From positions 7,337,814 to 7,401,813 of the forward strand of contig CM119264.1 in assembly GCA_051294375.1 (NCBI GenBank): a DNA stretch of 64,000 bases. The letters run 5' to 3'. The position numbers and the translations under genes are program-made. Of this stretch, positions 42,360 through 58,039 are shown one piece after another. Each line of letters opens with the position of its first letter. Positions within the stretch are counted from its first letter, which is position 1. The DNA comes from Paraspadella gotoi (Eukaryota; Animalia; Chaetognatha). Under the pieces are notes generated by a model. The model was not told the DNA's origin, made no database searches, and was given only the letters and a program-made list of their open reading frames with translations.

Positions 42360-43138
42360 GCGTGGTGGAGGCCCCGCCGCCACCACGCCCGCACAATGAT
42401 TCCCCCGTCTCCACTCAACGAGACAGGCGGAGACCCTTACGCAGGCAATGGGCAAACGATGCCACTCCTTCAAATGCAGCAACTCAGTCCCTCTCTCTGT
42501 GGACTGAGCGTCGCCCAAAACGACGGCTTCAGGAGGAAGGAGAGGAGTCTATCATCCCTGTCGCAAAAGCGGCAAAAATAGACAATCGCCCACCTCGCCA
42601 GCAGGCGAGAAGAGGGCAGCCGGCAGGCGTATCAGGTCAGAGAGAAATAAGAGTGGCATTGGGAATTTTTCCGCCTGGTACAATCCCCGGTGCAGAATTT
42701 ACCGGTTCAGTCGCACTCTCCTCTCAGCCACTGACGCGCCAATGACCCGTCACCATCGTCCATGCCCTTCATTTGCATAAACCAAGGGGGCCAGCTCATT
42801 TTGAGCTCTTTCTTACTCCTTAAATTTCATTTTAATCATTTACTTAACACTTAAAATTCTCATATTTCATTTTTCACAAATTTCATTTCATTTTTACTTT
42901 CTATCCCTTAACTATTTATCCACTATACAATTGTTAAATTTACTAATTTTAGTTTCAAAGCATTTATCTTTGTTGTACATTGCACAATGTATCATTATTA
43001 TTTTATTTTATCCCTGTTCTCTCTCTCTCTCTCTAAGTTTCACTTCTTTTCACAACTTATTCAATCTGTCCTCACCTTGACCTGTCCTCTCATCTGACCA
43101 CTATTCTGTCTCACCACTTTGTTGGAAAACTTTTACCC

Positions 43139-43175
<37 letters not shown>

Positions 43176-43275
43176 TATGCACAAATTTTAAACCATTCTG
43201 TCAACCGCTGATGAAGACTTGTAAAACAAGTCGAAACATGTCTGTTCAACTAAAATAAAATTCGTTGCAAACAAA
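42360..43275 (+). mobile_element. Hammerhead-bearing element, copy 2, with an extra GC-rich 5' segment
   Basis: A GC-rich open frame (42362-42745), CCAAT and ATTTGCAT motifs, then a region homologous to 40298-40830. Confidence 0.65.
43203..43246 (+). ncRNA. Minimal type I hammerhead ribozyme motif
   Basis: AACCG CUGAUGA A GACUUG-uaaaa-CAAGUC GAAACAUGUC UGUU. Confidence 0.8.
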
Positions 43276-43782
43276 AACTTTGTCAATTCTCTAAGTTAAA
43301 TTTAAAAAAAAGCATAATAATTCTTAATATTTCCTCTTGATTAATGAAATTATAGGATAGAAAAGCGGAATGTCTTACGATCTTTTCAATAATTGTAAAT
43401 TTTTTAATAGTAATAAAAGTTGTAGGAATGGTAGCTTTCTTAAAGGCTTGGTTGTAAAAGCATATCTCTAAACATTTTGAGAAGGTTATGGTTGTTAAAG
43501 GTAAAGTATTTAATAGATTATATTCTTTTATTATTTTTTTATAAATATATTAATTTTTATATTATTATTGTTATATTCATATGTCCAAACGGTTTTTTAA
43601 ATTTAGTTCCAAAAAGATCGACCTCCCTGTATATATATGAAATTGGTACAACCAATATATTTAAACTTAGAAGGCTACAACTATTTTAAGTTAAATTGCA
43701 ATAAATTTATTTCAAAATGACGTGAATTTTTAAGAATATCCTCGAAAAAATTACAGTAAAAGATTTAGTCATAAGAATAAAT

Positions 43783-44467
43783 AAGTTTGAGCAAACAATG
43801 TCGGATCTGCCCACGATCATTATTGGTAATTAAATAATAATTAAATAATTCAAGTTAATTAATTAATTAGTCAATTAATAAATTAACTTTATCCAATATC
43901 TTTGTTTTGATAGATTGACTGATTAATTAATAATTGATTAATTAATTGATTAATTATTTAATTTATACATCTTGCATTTACATTTAATATAAAAAGAAAA
44001 AGAAGCATAATCAATTAGTGAAACAGGTTTTTGGTTTTTTCCATTTAAACTCATTTCCACTCAAACGATTCCATCGAAACTTGATTTCCAGCTTAATCAC
44101 ACACTTTCTTACCCACATACAAAACTTTAAGTCAATTGCCCCATTCACACATGAGTAATTGGGGTTCAAATAATGAAATATATATATTTTTTCCATTTAA
44201 ACTAATTTCATTTCAGACGATTCCATCGAAACTTCATATCCAGCTCAATAACACCCTTCCCTACCCACACACAAAATTTCATTCCAATCCATCCATGCAA
44301 TCATGAGTAATTGGTGTTTTTTGCTAAGGTGGGACGGACGGACATAGTTTTTTTGCATAATTTATCATAGTTTGATGTTCAGACTTGATATAAGTGAATG
44401 CCCGACAAGATTGAGGGGGCGGACCGACGGACCGACAAAGTGAATTATAGAGTCGGGATCTGCTGAT
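43783..44467 (-). mobile_element. Second HINE/DINE-1-like copy, inverted
   Basis: Reverse complement of about 41590-42325 with scattered substitutions. Confidence 0.7.
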
Positions 44468-45239
44468 AAAAAGCGTTAAGCAGGGGCGAGAAGAGGAGCT
44501 TTCTCTTCCTTTTTAACCTCAGGGGCGGGGAGACTTTTCAGGTTAGGCGATATCAACGAACTCGTCACACGACCGTTTGACAAGAATACTAATTCAAAGT
44601 AAACCCGTTTCCTTCTTTAACCAGCTCGACTTTTAAAAGCTAATTGATTAATACGACTCGACCGTCTAATCACACTCTCGTTAATCGAGGAGTTTCATCT
44701 TTTTTTCCTCATTTCACTTCTTTTAATTTAAAACTTGTACTTTTTTCTTTCAATAAATTTAAGAAGGTAAGTGTACATTTTATTTACTCGTAAAAAACTT
44801 TTTTTTCTCTTTTTTTTTTTCCTTTATTCCTTTTTTCTTTCTTTCTAATCATTTCTTGCTTTTTCATACTAAACCATTTTACAATTAAATTTTTGATATA
44901 TGAAGTACCTATATGATGTACGAAGGAACTTTTTTCAGAGTAATTTAGAAATAGAATAAACATCATTAAATAAAATCTCCCGAAGTGGAGTATCAATTTA
45001 AAATCGTTTTTAAACGAAAGAGGTGAAACCAAAAAAAAAAAAAAGCTGCTAATGGCAATAACGCTTATTTTGGAGTCGAGTGCTGAGTAAGTATATTTAC
45101 ATTTTATTTTCTAGGCAGGCAAATGATGTTTTCATTGTTTAAAGGACAATATGTGAGATAAGTTAGGGACTCAATATGTGATGGACATACTTTCTATGAA
45201 ATCTTAGGATCGGATTATCTTGAGGTTACGCTGACAACA

Positions 45240-47810
45240 ATGGAATCAGAAAAAGAGAAAGGTAAACCAAATTGGGGGGGAAAAAGCAAATAAAAAGGCA
45301 AAGAACCAACAGATGACCAAGGACAATGGGGTTGCAATTTCTGTAGATGGTCATGATCTGGAAAGTTTATATACTATCGACGTTGATCTCAAACATGAAG
45401 CCAACGAACCATAACAACAATAATAGAAGAAAAGGGTTATCAGTGCCGCGAATACGCTGTCTCTTTCATCCAACCACTCGATTTAAAGCCCGAGATAAAT
45501 TTATTTAACTTTATAACCCTAAATTTTGTTCATCGCAATTTCATTTTTTCCATAACAGACGTACAGTAATTTGATTTTCTGTTAGTAATGGGTTTTAACG
45601 GTTGTTTAAATTAATAATCACTAAAACAAAGGACTTTTTTTTTCGCCTGATTATTCAAGCAATCGAACAGTCTTCTCTCTCACTCCGCCTGTTCAACACT
45701 TAGTTTTCCACGTCTCACAGAATGGCATGCGGCCTTCTGCCTGTTCGACATCAATGGCGACGGAAAGATTTCCATGGAGGAACTTTCGATAGGAATGAGA
45801 AAACTGGGCCACTTCCCTTCTCAGCGCGAGGTGGAGACGATGCTGGCCGAAAACGATTTGGACGGTCAGAGTGGCGGAAGGGGGGCGGAGTGTGATTGGG
45901 TGGAACTGGTGGCCTTGATAGTGAGGGGCTGAGATTGCTGGGTGGAGAATTGTATATAAGTATCTAAAGTAGAATAGCGTCGAATTTTTTTTTTACTAAG
46001 ATACTCTTTTCTTTTTATTTCGTATTTTATATTTTTTTTTCAATTCAGTTAATGAATTGAAATTGAAATCATTGCCTAAATAAAGTAAAATGAATAGATA
46101 ATATATTGGTTTCTAAAAAGCTGAATTGAAATTGAAATCATTGCTTAAATAAAGGAAAATGAATAGATAATATGTTGGTTTCTAAAAGGCTGAATTGAAA
46201 TTGAAATCGTTGCCTAAATAAAGGAAAATGAATAGATAATATATTGGTTTCTAAAAAGCTGAATTCTAAAGGCTAATTGAATTTGAAATCATGACTAAAT
46301 AAAGTAAAATGAATAGATAATATATTGGTTTCTAAAAGGCTCACTGTTTCGTGACAACAAACAAATAACTCAAAAGTACAGTCTTCATCCTAGAAGGCAC
46401 GAGTAAAAAAAATAAGGATATTAAACCAATAGCCATCCCAGGGATTTTTCTAAATGATGGTCCATTAAAAAAAAAGTTAAATTCAGGTGACGGAAATTTG
46501 GACTTTAATGAGTTTATGAAATCATTGCTTAAATAAAGTAAAATGAATAGATAATATTATTGGTTTCTAAAAGGCTGAATTGAAATTGAAATCATTGCTT
46601 AAATAAAGTAAAATGAATAGATAATATATTGGTTTCTAAAAGGCTGAATTAAAATTGAAATCATTGCCTAAATAAAGTAAAATGAATAGATAATATTTGG
46701 GTTTCTAAAAGGATGAATTGAAATGGAAATCATTGCCTAAATAAAGTAAAATGAATAGATAATATTTGGGTTTCTAAAAGGCTGAATTGAAATTGAAATC
46801 ATTGACTAAATAAAGTAAAATGAATAGATATATATGTTGTTTCTAAAAGGCTGAATTTGAAATTGAAATCATTGCCTAAATAAGTAAAATGAATAGATAA
46901 TATATTGGTTTCTAAAAGGCTGAATTGAAATTGAAATCATTGCTAAAAAGTAAAATGAATAGATAATATATTGGTTTCTAAAAGGCTGAATTGAAATTGA
47001 AATCATTGCTTAAATAAAGTAAAATGAATAGATAATATATTAGTTTTCTAAAAGGCTGAATTGAAATTGAAATCATTGACTAAATAAAGTAAAATGAATA
47101 GATAATATATTGGTTCTAACGTGACAACAAACAAATAACTCAAAAAAAATTTAAATTCAGGTGACGGAAATTTGGACTTTAATGAGTTCATGTATTTGAT
47201 GGATTCCTCCGACAATCCGGGTGAGGACGACCGCGACGAAGCCAGGGCCCTCTACCTCGCCTTCAGGGTGGGTCCTTTAACGAAACCAATTGCTTTTGAA
47301 GGAACTCAAAACCTCCACTATCCCTCGGACGCAGATGTTCGACAAGTCCGGATCCGGATTCATCTCGGCCACGGATATTCAAGCCTTATTCGAACGGATC
47401 GGTATCGAAGTTACCATTTATGAAGGTGAGGCACGATTTTACCCATGGCATCCGTTGGCTACTCCAGCACAAACATGTCGATTGGCCGTTCAATCATGCT
47501 CCAAAAATATATATTTAAATTAAACGAGATAATGGTTTAGAAAAGTATTATTTTTTAAAAACATACATCCACATTAAGTCTGTTAAACTTATCTTCCAAT
47601 TAAAGTTGACCAAATGATGGACGAAGTCGATCTGGATGGCGATGGAAGAATCGATTTTGAAGGTCAGTATTTATTTAAAACCCGATTATATGTTGTACAA
47701 AACATATATGCTGTACAAACCAGCGTCAAACTGTTATGTATGAAATATAAAAAATATTTTCAACAGAATTTCGCGTCTACCTGGAGAGCAACGATTACAA
47801 CATTTTGTAA
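45240..47810 (+). CDS. Calmodulin-like four-EF-hand protein (154 aa)
   Basis: Exons 45240-45261, 45721-45864, 47161-47267, 47335-47425, 47606-47662, 47767-47810 (465 bp, frame-consistent). Loops DINGDGKISMEE, DLDGDGNLDFNE, DKSGSGFISATD, DLDGDGRIDFEE. Confidence 0.9.
46054..47118. repeat. 69-bp intronic minisatellite (~13 units in two blocks)
   Basis: Unit gaattgaaattgaaatcattgcctaaataaagtaaaatgaatagataatatattggtttctaaaaggct. Confidence 0.95.
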
Positions 47811-48245
47811 TGAAGCATTACATTTTTTGTATACATGTTATTTTCTCAAACTAAGTAAGGGTTACTAGTTACTAGTTTTTTTATAGTTTTTTAATAGTTC
47901 TGATAATTTTCGATTACATATCCGTCATTAGAAGCAATCCAATTCGACCTCACTCTTTATTTAAACGAAATAGTTGTCTGGTGTGCTGAGAGCATATCTT
48001 TAATTTCTAATAGATTAAGTAATTAAAGACCTTGGAATAAGCAGACATCTTTTATCATTTACCTTTAATTTTTAGTAAAGCAGAAGTGAATTGACAAATT
48101 GTTGGCAGTATTGATAACCAATTAGTAGAGGTTGCGCCAGCTTAAAGCTAAGAGGAATAAAAAATTTTAATGCATTTCTATGAAAAAGTAAAAAATTTAA
48201 TCAAATAGTACTATATCTTTTGGTTCTTGAAACGCCTTATATTAC

Positions 48246-48952
48246 TGTAGTCGGGCATTGCCTAGGTTCACCCCGCTATAAGCATGACACCTTCAGTCCT
48301 GACCCGGTGGCTCATTGAGTAAAGCCATCAGCTCATGACCACTAGGTACCGGTTCAATACCAACCTGGTACCTACCCTGCGGGGAAGCTGAGGACGGCCG
48401 TAAGCCGCCTTGGGGGCGTGGCAACCCCTCAAGCCTGGTTCCAAGCCCAGGACCCGTTCCATGGCTACTAAGGGGGTTATAGAAGTTACGGATAGTCATC
48501 TTCAGCCCACTTAGCGCCTTATCCACACTGGTGAGCCCATCCTGTCGAGCGTATTCCAACCTTCTGATTCCAGGTCCATGGACGTGCTGAAGATTGCTCC
48601 CCTCCCTCCACTGGAAGCAGTGCAGGGTGGGTGACAATCTGGGGGGCATGTAGTCGGGCATTGCCTAGGTTCACCCCGCCTATAAGCATGACACCTTCAG
48701 TCCTGACCCGGTGGCTATTGAGTAAAGCCATCAGCTATGACCACTAGGTACCGGGTTCAATCCCAACCTGGTACCTACCCTGCGGGAAGCGTGAGGATGG
48801 CCGTAAGCCGCCTTGGGGCGTGGCAACCCCTCAAGCCTGGTTCCAAGCCCAGGACCCGTTCCATGGCTACTAAAGGGGTTATAGAAGTTACGGATACTAA
48901 AGGGGGTTATAGAAGTTACGGATAGTCATCTTCAGCCCACTTACGCCTTATT
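48246..48952 (+). mobile_element. Head-to-tail 403-bp repeat (1.75 copies) with a tRNA-derived SINE-like core
   Basis: Units start at 48246 and 48649. A-box-like GGTGGCTCATTGAG and B-box GGTTCAAT(A/C)CC. Confidence 0.6.
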
Positions 48953-50120
48953 CCCAAAGAGAAAAAAAAATGTTTCTTTTTATACTATTGCTGTAACAAT
49001 CGGGAACTCGTGTTGAAAATAGAATTTAAAATTGACCAGGAATAAGTTTCTATACACTCGATCGTTGTTTACTAGGACATATTTTTTTAGCTATTCATTT
49101 CTTCTAACAAATAGCAATTAAACGGAATTTTGATGCTGTGCATGTCATAAATACACGCCGTGTATTACACGGGCTAAGAAAGTTAATGTAGTCATGTCAT
49201 GTCACGTCATGTCTTGTCATGTCACGAGACATACACGTGATAAGGCAGTCACTGTGGCGCAACACATTTGAACTACCGTTCTTGTTTTTATCAATCTTAA
49301 TAAAACTCTTAATAAAACTCTTAATAAAACTAGATAACGGGCAATCATCAATTCACATTGATAGGCAATCTAAAAATCATTTCTACAAGACATAAGAAAT
49401 GAAAAATACGAGATCGAATCGTCTCCTATTTTTTCTATTTTTATTTCTTTGCTTCTTTTTCTTTCATTATCGACGAAACGCATTCATCCCCCTGGGGCGA
49501 TTCGATTCGTTTTAATCTCCACAACAAAAGATAATTTTTTTCGATCGGTCGTTCGCTATCATTTTTAATTTAATTTCGTTCTCTTTGTTACTGGATGTGA
49601 AAACGGTTAAAGTTATCGAAACTCGCCCGTTATTTATAATCATTATTAAGTGTCAATTATTTGGCGTTTTAGTTGCTAGCTCTCAGCAAACAAAGTGATT
49701 TTGTTCGGTCGTGGTTGGGATGCGAGACGTTGAAAGGCTTTATTTTCCAGTTCCACGAAACTCAAAAAAATAAACAGACGAGAATTATTTTTTTAATTTT
49801 TAAGATTTCAACTTAATTCAATAACTCGCATCTTATTTATTTCTTCGTTTAAATGGTTCGTTAACTCGAGTTTCAACTCATGTCGCCCACGCCGTTGAGT
49901 TCTACGATCGGTACTAAAACAAAACTTTAATTGATGCGCGAAAAAAAAAAAAAGAAAAAACTAAACTAATTTAAAACTCGTTTTCATTTTTATTATTTTC
50001 TAAAACAGTTCACTTTTCCAATAAAAGGTTTGGATATTTTTAGGAGGCTGCTATTTTTGAAATATTATTATTTTAAATGTGAAATTTTTGAAAATTCTTA
50101 AAACAGCGCTGGAAACCAAC

Positions 50121-54208
<4,088 letters not shown>

Positions 54209-54699
54209 ATTTTGAGACATGGCACGACATGGCACAAAGGATAGCCTCCGAGTGTAGGATTTTTGACGTGTATCACTTGTTATGATGACTTTTTTTAAAA
54301 TTCCGCTTAAATCTAACTGTAATCTTTGCGAATTGCAATTTATTCCTTGCGACTTTAATTAAAAACTAGAAATTTTGGTCGATGATTTGCCGGAATGTGG
54401 ATACATGTTATTAAGCCATGTTATTAATATGTTGTTAAGCCATGTTATTAACATGTTTTTAAGCCAAAGCTGAAACAATCCGTTTTGACCTTAAATTTTC
54501 GTTTTGGTTTGTTTAACTGTTTTTGAATTCTAAATGCTTGTTAAATCCACTGCAAAATATTATCAGGGTTTCTCATTAGATTTAGTATATTTAAATAAAA
54601 TTAGTTTATTGCTTAAATACCATTTTGTATTTCTCAGAAGGCAATGATTGATATATCAGTAACAGATGAACACCAGAAAATCGTTTTAATTTCATTCGA

Positions 54700-55219
54700 T
54701 CTTCATATCCTTTTCGCTTTTATTTTCTCGTTCCTTCCACTTCTTCAGGTTCAAACTTTATTCCCCCTCTTCCAATTTTTTATCTTCTTCTTCTTCTTTT
54801 TCCTCGTCTTCTTCTTCTTCCTCGTCTTCTTCAACTTCCTCGTCTTTTTCTTCTTCCTCGTCTTCTTCTACTTCTACTTCCTCTTCTTCTTCTTCCTCGT
54901 CTTCTTATTCTTCCTCGTCTTCTTCTACTTCTACTTCCTCTTCTTCTTCTTCCTCTTCTTCTTCCTCCTCGTCTTCTTCTACTTCCTCTTCTTCTACTTC
55001 TTCTTCCTCATCTTCTTCCTCATCTTCTTCCTCGTCTTCTTCTTCCTCGTCTTCTTCTTCTTCCTCGTCTTCTTCTACTTCCTCTTCCGCTCCCATTTGC
55101 ACCCGATTTTCGCACATAATTTCTTCGGGTTCAAAGTTTAAGCTTCTTTTCCATTAAAAGGCGAAAAATTTGCCGAGTTTGTTGCGCCATAAATTCGCAG
55201 CGATTATGGGATAGAAAAA

Positions 55220-55302
<83 letters not shown>

Positions 55303-55756
55303 CTAAATAGAAAGCTTACATTCCCGAAATTTCCATTCAATTGACCTTCATGGTTTGATACCATTTATCCGATTTGTCTTATCCATTTGTTCTCAGCTCT
55401 GTATCTTTGTTCCATACATTTAACTCCTGTATTCCTTACTATTCCAAAATTCCCTTCTTTTTCCGTCCCTTCTCTCATCGTCGTTCATCTCTGACGATTC
55501 TAGTGAATCAACATTCATTCCGTCTTTTTGCTTTAAATTCATCTTCTACTCCATATTCATTGTTTTCTCTTTCGTCTTCTCATTCGTTTCTCTCCTTCTT
55601 TTTTTTTCTGCTTCGTCTCTTTAACTTCGTCCGGACAGTTTTTATTGCGATAAATTGCAAAGAATTTTATGTAGGAATTTCCCGAATACATTAGCGGGTT
55701 CGACGACGCGAGCGACAGCGGCGGGTGCGGCTGCGACGACCGCAGCGGCGGCGGGT

Positions 55757-55799
<43 letters not shown>

Positions 55800-55830
55800 T
55801 GGCGGCGGCGGCGGCGTTTTTGAAATCAAG
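54700..55830 (-). pseudogene. Decayed coding-like sequence with poly-Ala and a long Glu/Asp tract
   Basis: One frame reads AAAAPAAVARVVEPANVFGKFLHKILC...REFWNK... with several stops and ends at a gtaag donor near 55318. It is followed by NFEPEEIMCENRVQMGAEEEVEEDEEE... Confidence 0.35.
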
Positions 55831-57009
55831 AGGTCGAAGAAATGGTTTATTCACCCTCTTCTTCCTTTCATTTTTTCGCATATATTTGCTATTCCATTTT
55901 TTTTTACGAGGCAGACGACCCGAGCGAGAGATAAGAAATCATGATTTCCCTACAATCGCGAAATTGTGGAGTTTTAAAATGACGAAATATCCGATTGTCT
56001 TTTCTTTTTTCGAAAGTTGAAAATCCTTTTGATGTTTGTTGATTCGATTTATTTCATTTTCTCGTTTTTCACTTTTCTTTCGTCTCTTGGGTTAATGCCT
56101 CTACATTTTTACGAGTTACAAAAGGCGAAATTTTTTAAAAAACTTTACATTTGAATAATATCCCTACAGCTTGAACGATGATGTCTGTCATAATATTGTC
56201 ACACGACTAAAAACATTGTTTGAGCCAGAGTAATGTGTCGACAAAAAAACCAAGATTTCGAAAAAACAAACAGAGGAACGATTTGAAAATTGAAAGGAAA
56301 GAAATTTGAAAAATGGATTAATGTCATTCGTTGATATCAGCAATGGGAACTTTTTGTGATTTCATAGTGTATGCATAGTTTTAAAAATACAAAAAAATAT
56401 ATTTGTAAATATTGGGTCATTAAAACAAATTGATTCATTCTAAAAGTTTTTGAACAAAACTAAATAGCGTCTGGAAGATCAAATTTCGTTTTGCTTTGCA
56501 TGNNNNNNNNNNNNNNNNNNNNNNNNNNNNNNNNNNNNNNNNNNNNNNNNNNNNNNNNNNNNNNNNNNNNNNNNNNNNNNNNNNNNNNNNNNNNNNNNNN
56601 NNNNNNNNNNNNNNNNNNNNNNNNNNNNNNNNNNNNNNNNNNNNNNNNNNNNNNNNNNNNNNNNNNNNNNNNNNNNNNNNNNNNNNNNNNNNNNNNNNNN
56701 NNNNNNNNNNNNNNNNNNNNNNNNNNNNNNNNNNNNNNNNNNNNNNNNNNNNNNNNNNNNNNNNNNNNNNNNNNNNNNNNNNNNNNNNNNNNNNNNNNNN
56801 NNNNNNNNNNNNNNNNNNNNNNNNNNNNNNNNNNNNNNNNNNNNNNNNNNNNNNNNNNNNCTCTCCCTTTTTTCAAATATTGTTTTCTGTTGTATTTATT
56901 TCATTATATCTCAAATACCTTTTTTAATCCACTTTTTTACTTAGATTCTCTCTTTATTTTTTTTTTCCTTCTTTCCTTGTCTCTGACCGGACCCTTCCTT
57001 TTCCCCCTA

Positions 57010-57088
57010 TCACGTGACGGGGCGCGGCGCGTCGTGCGTCGCATAGCAACGCGCGCGAATCCGACGCACCCGTCGTCGTCATGGAAAC
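57010..57088. promoter_or_regulatory. CpG-rich promoter-like patch with an E-box and two X-boxes
   Basis: TCACGTGA (57010), GTCGCATAGCAAC (57038-57050) and GTCGTCATGGAAAC (57075-57088). Confidence 0.45.
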
Positions 57089-58039
57089 TAAGTTGGGACG
57101 CGAGCGACGAAAGACGCCCTCTCTTCCGTTTTTTTTTAGTCTTCGTCGTTTTCGTCGTCGTCGTCGTCGCCATTGTTATTCGTGTCATTAACTGGTCAAG
57201 AATATTATTAGCGAAATGTAAAAAAAAACATTGAAAAAGAAGTAGGTTTTTGAATCGTCGCTTTCGTCTTCGTCTTCGTCGTCGTCGTCGTCGTTGTATT
57301 TTTCTCTTTTTATCCTTCCTCTCACTCTCTGTCTGTCTTTCTTTCTTTCCTTNNNNNNNNNNNNNNNNNNNNNNNNNNNNNNNNNNNNNNNNNNNNNNNN
57401 NNNNNNNNNNNNNNNNNNNNNNNNNNNNNNNNNNNNNNNNNNNNNNNNNNNNNNNNNNNNNNNNNNNNNNNNNNNNNNNNNNNNNNNNNNNNNNNNNNNN
57501 NNNNNNNNNNNNNNNNNNNNNNNNNNNNNNNNNNNNNNNNNNNNNNNNNNNNNNNNNNNNNNNNTTCTTTTCTTTTCTTTCCTTCCTTCCTCCCTCGGCT
57601 CCCGACATCTCCGTCTGCATCTTCGTCCTCAGTCCCATCGTTGACATTTTTCTCCCAGATTTAATCGTCGTCGCGTAAACAACATCAACGAACAACATCA
57701 ACTACATCAACAACATCATCCTTCCGTCCGCGTAAATCATTCCGGCTCTCCGCAATCGTCATCGGCGTCTCTTCGCGTCAAGACTTCAATTGTCGCTTAA
57801 TATGCAAATTCGATGAGAACCGAAGTCGCGCGTCGTCCTGAGATTGAGTCACGTGACTTGGCCGTCCTCAAGATTTGAAAAAAAAATCTAGCGTTCAGCA
57901 CTTTTTCCATTTTTTTTAGTATCTATACTCTTTTCTCTTTTTCTTATTCTGATCTTCTAATTTTTTTATACCTTATCTTAATCTCATTCTTATCTTAGTT
58001 ATTTATTTCGAGTANNNNNNNNNNNNNNNNNNNNNNNNN

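Larger units (their letters stand above)
41416..43631. mobile_element. Possible Tc1/mariner-type MITE interrupted by later insertions
   Basis: Inverted ends TACAGGGAGGTC (41416) and GACCTCCCTGTA (43620-43631) lie in TA runs, with weak subterminal similarity (aaaa(c)cgtttgga). Confidence 0.4.
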
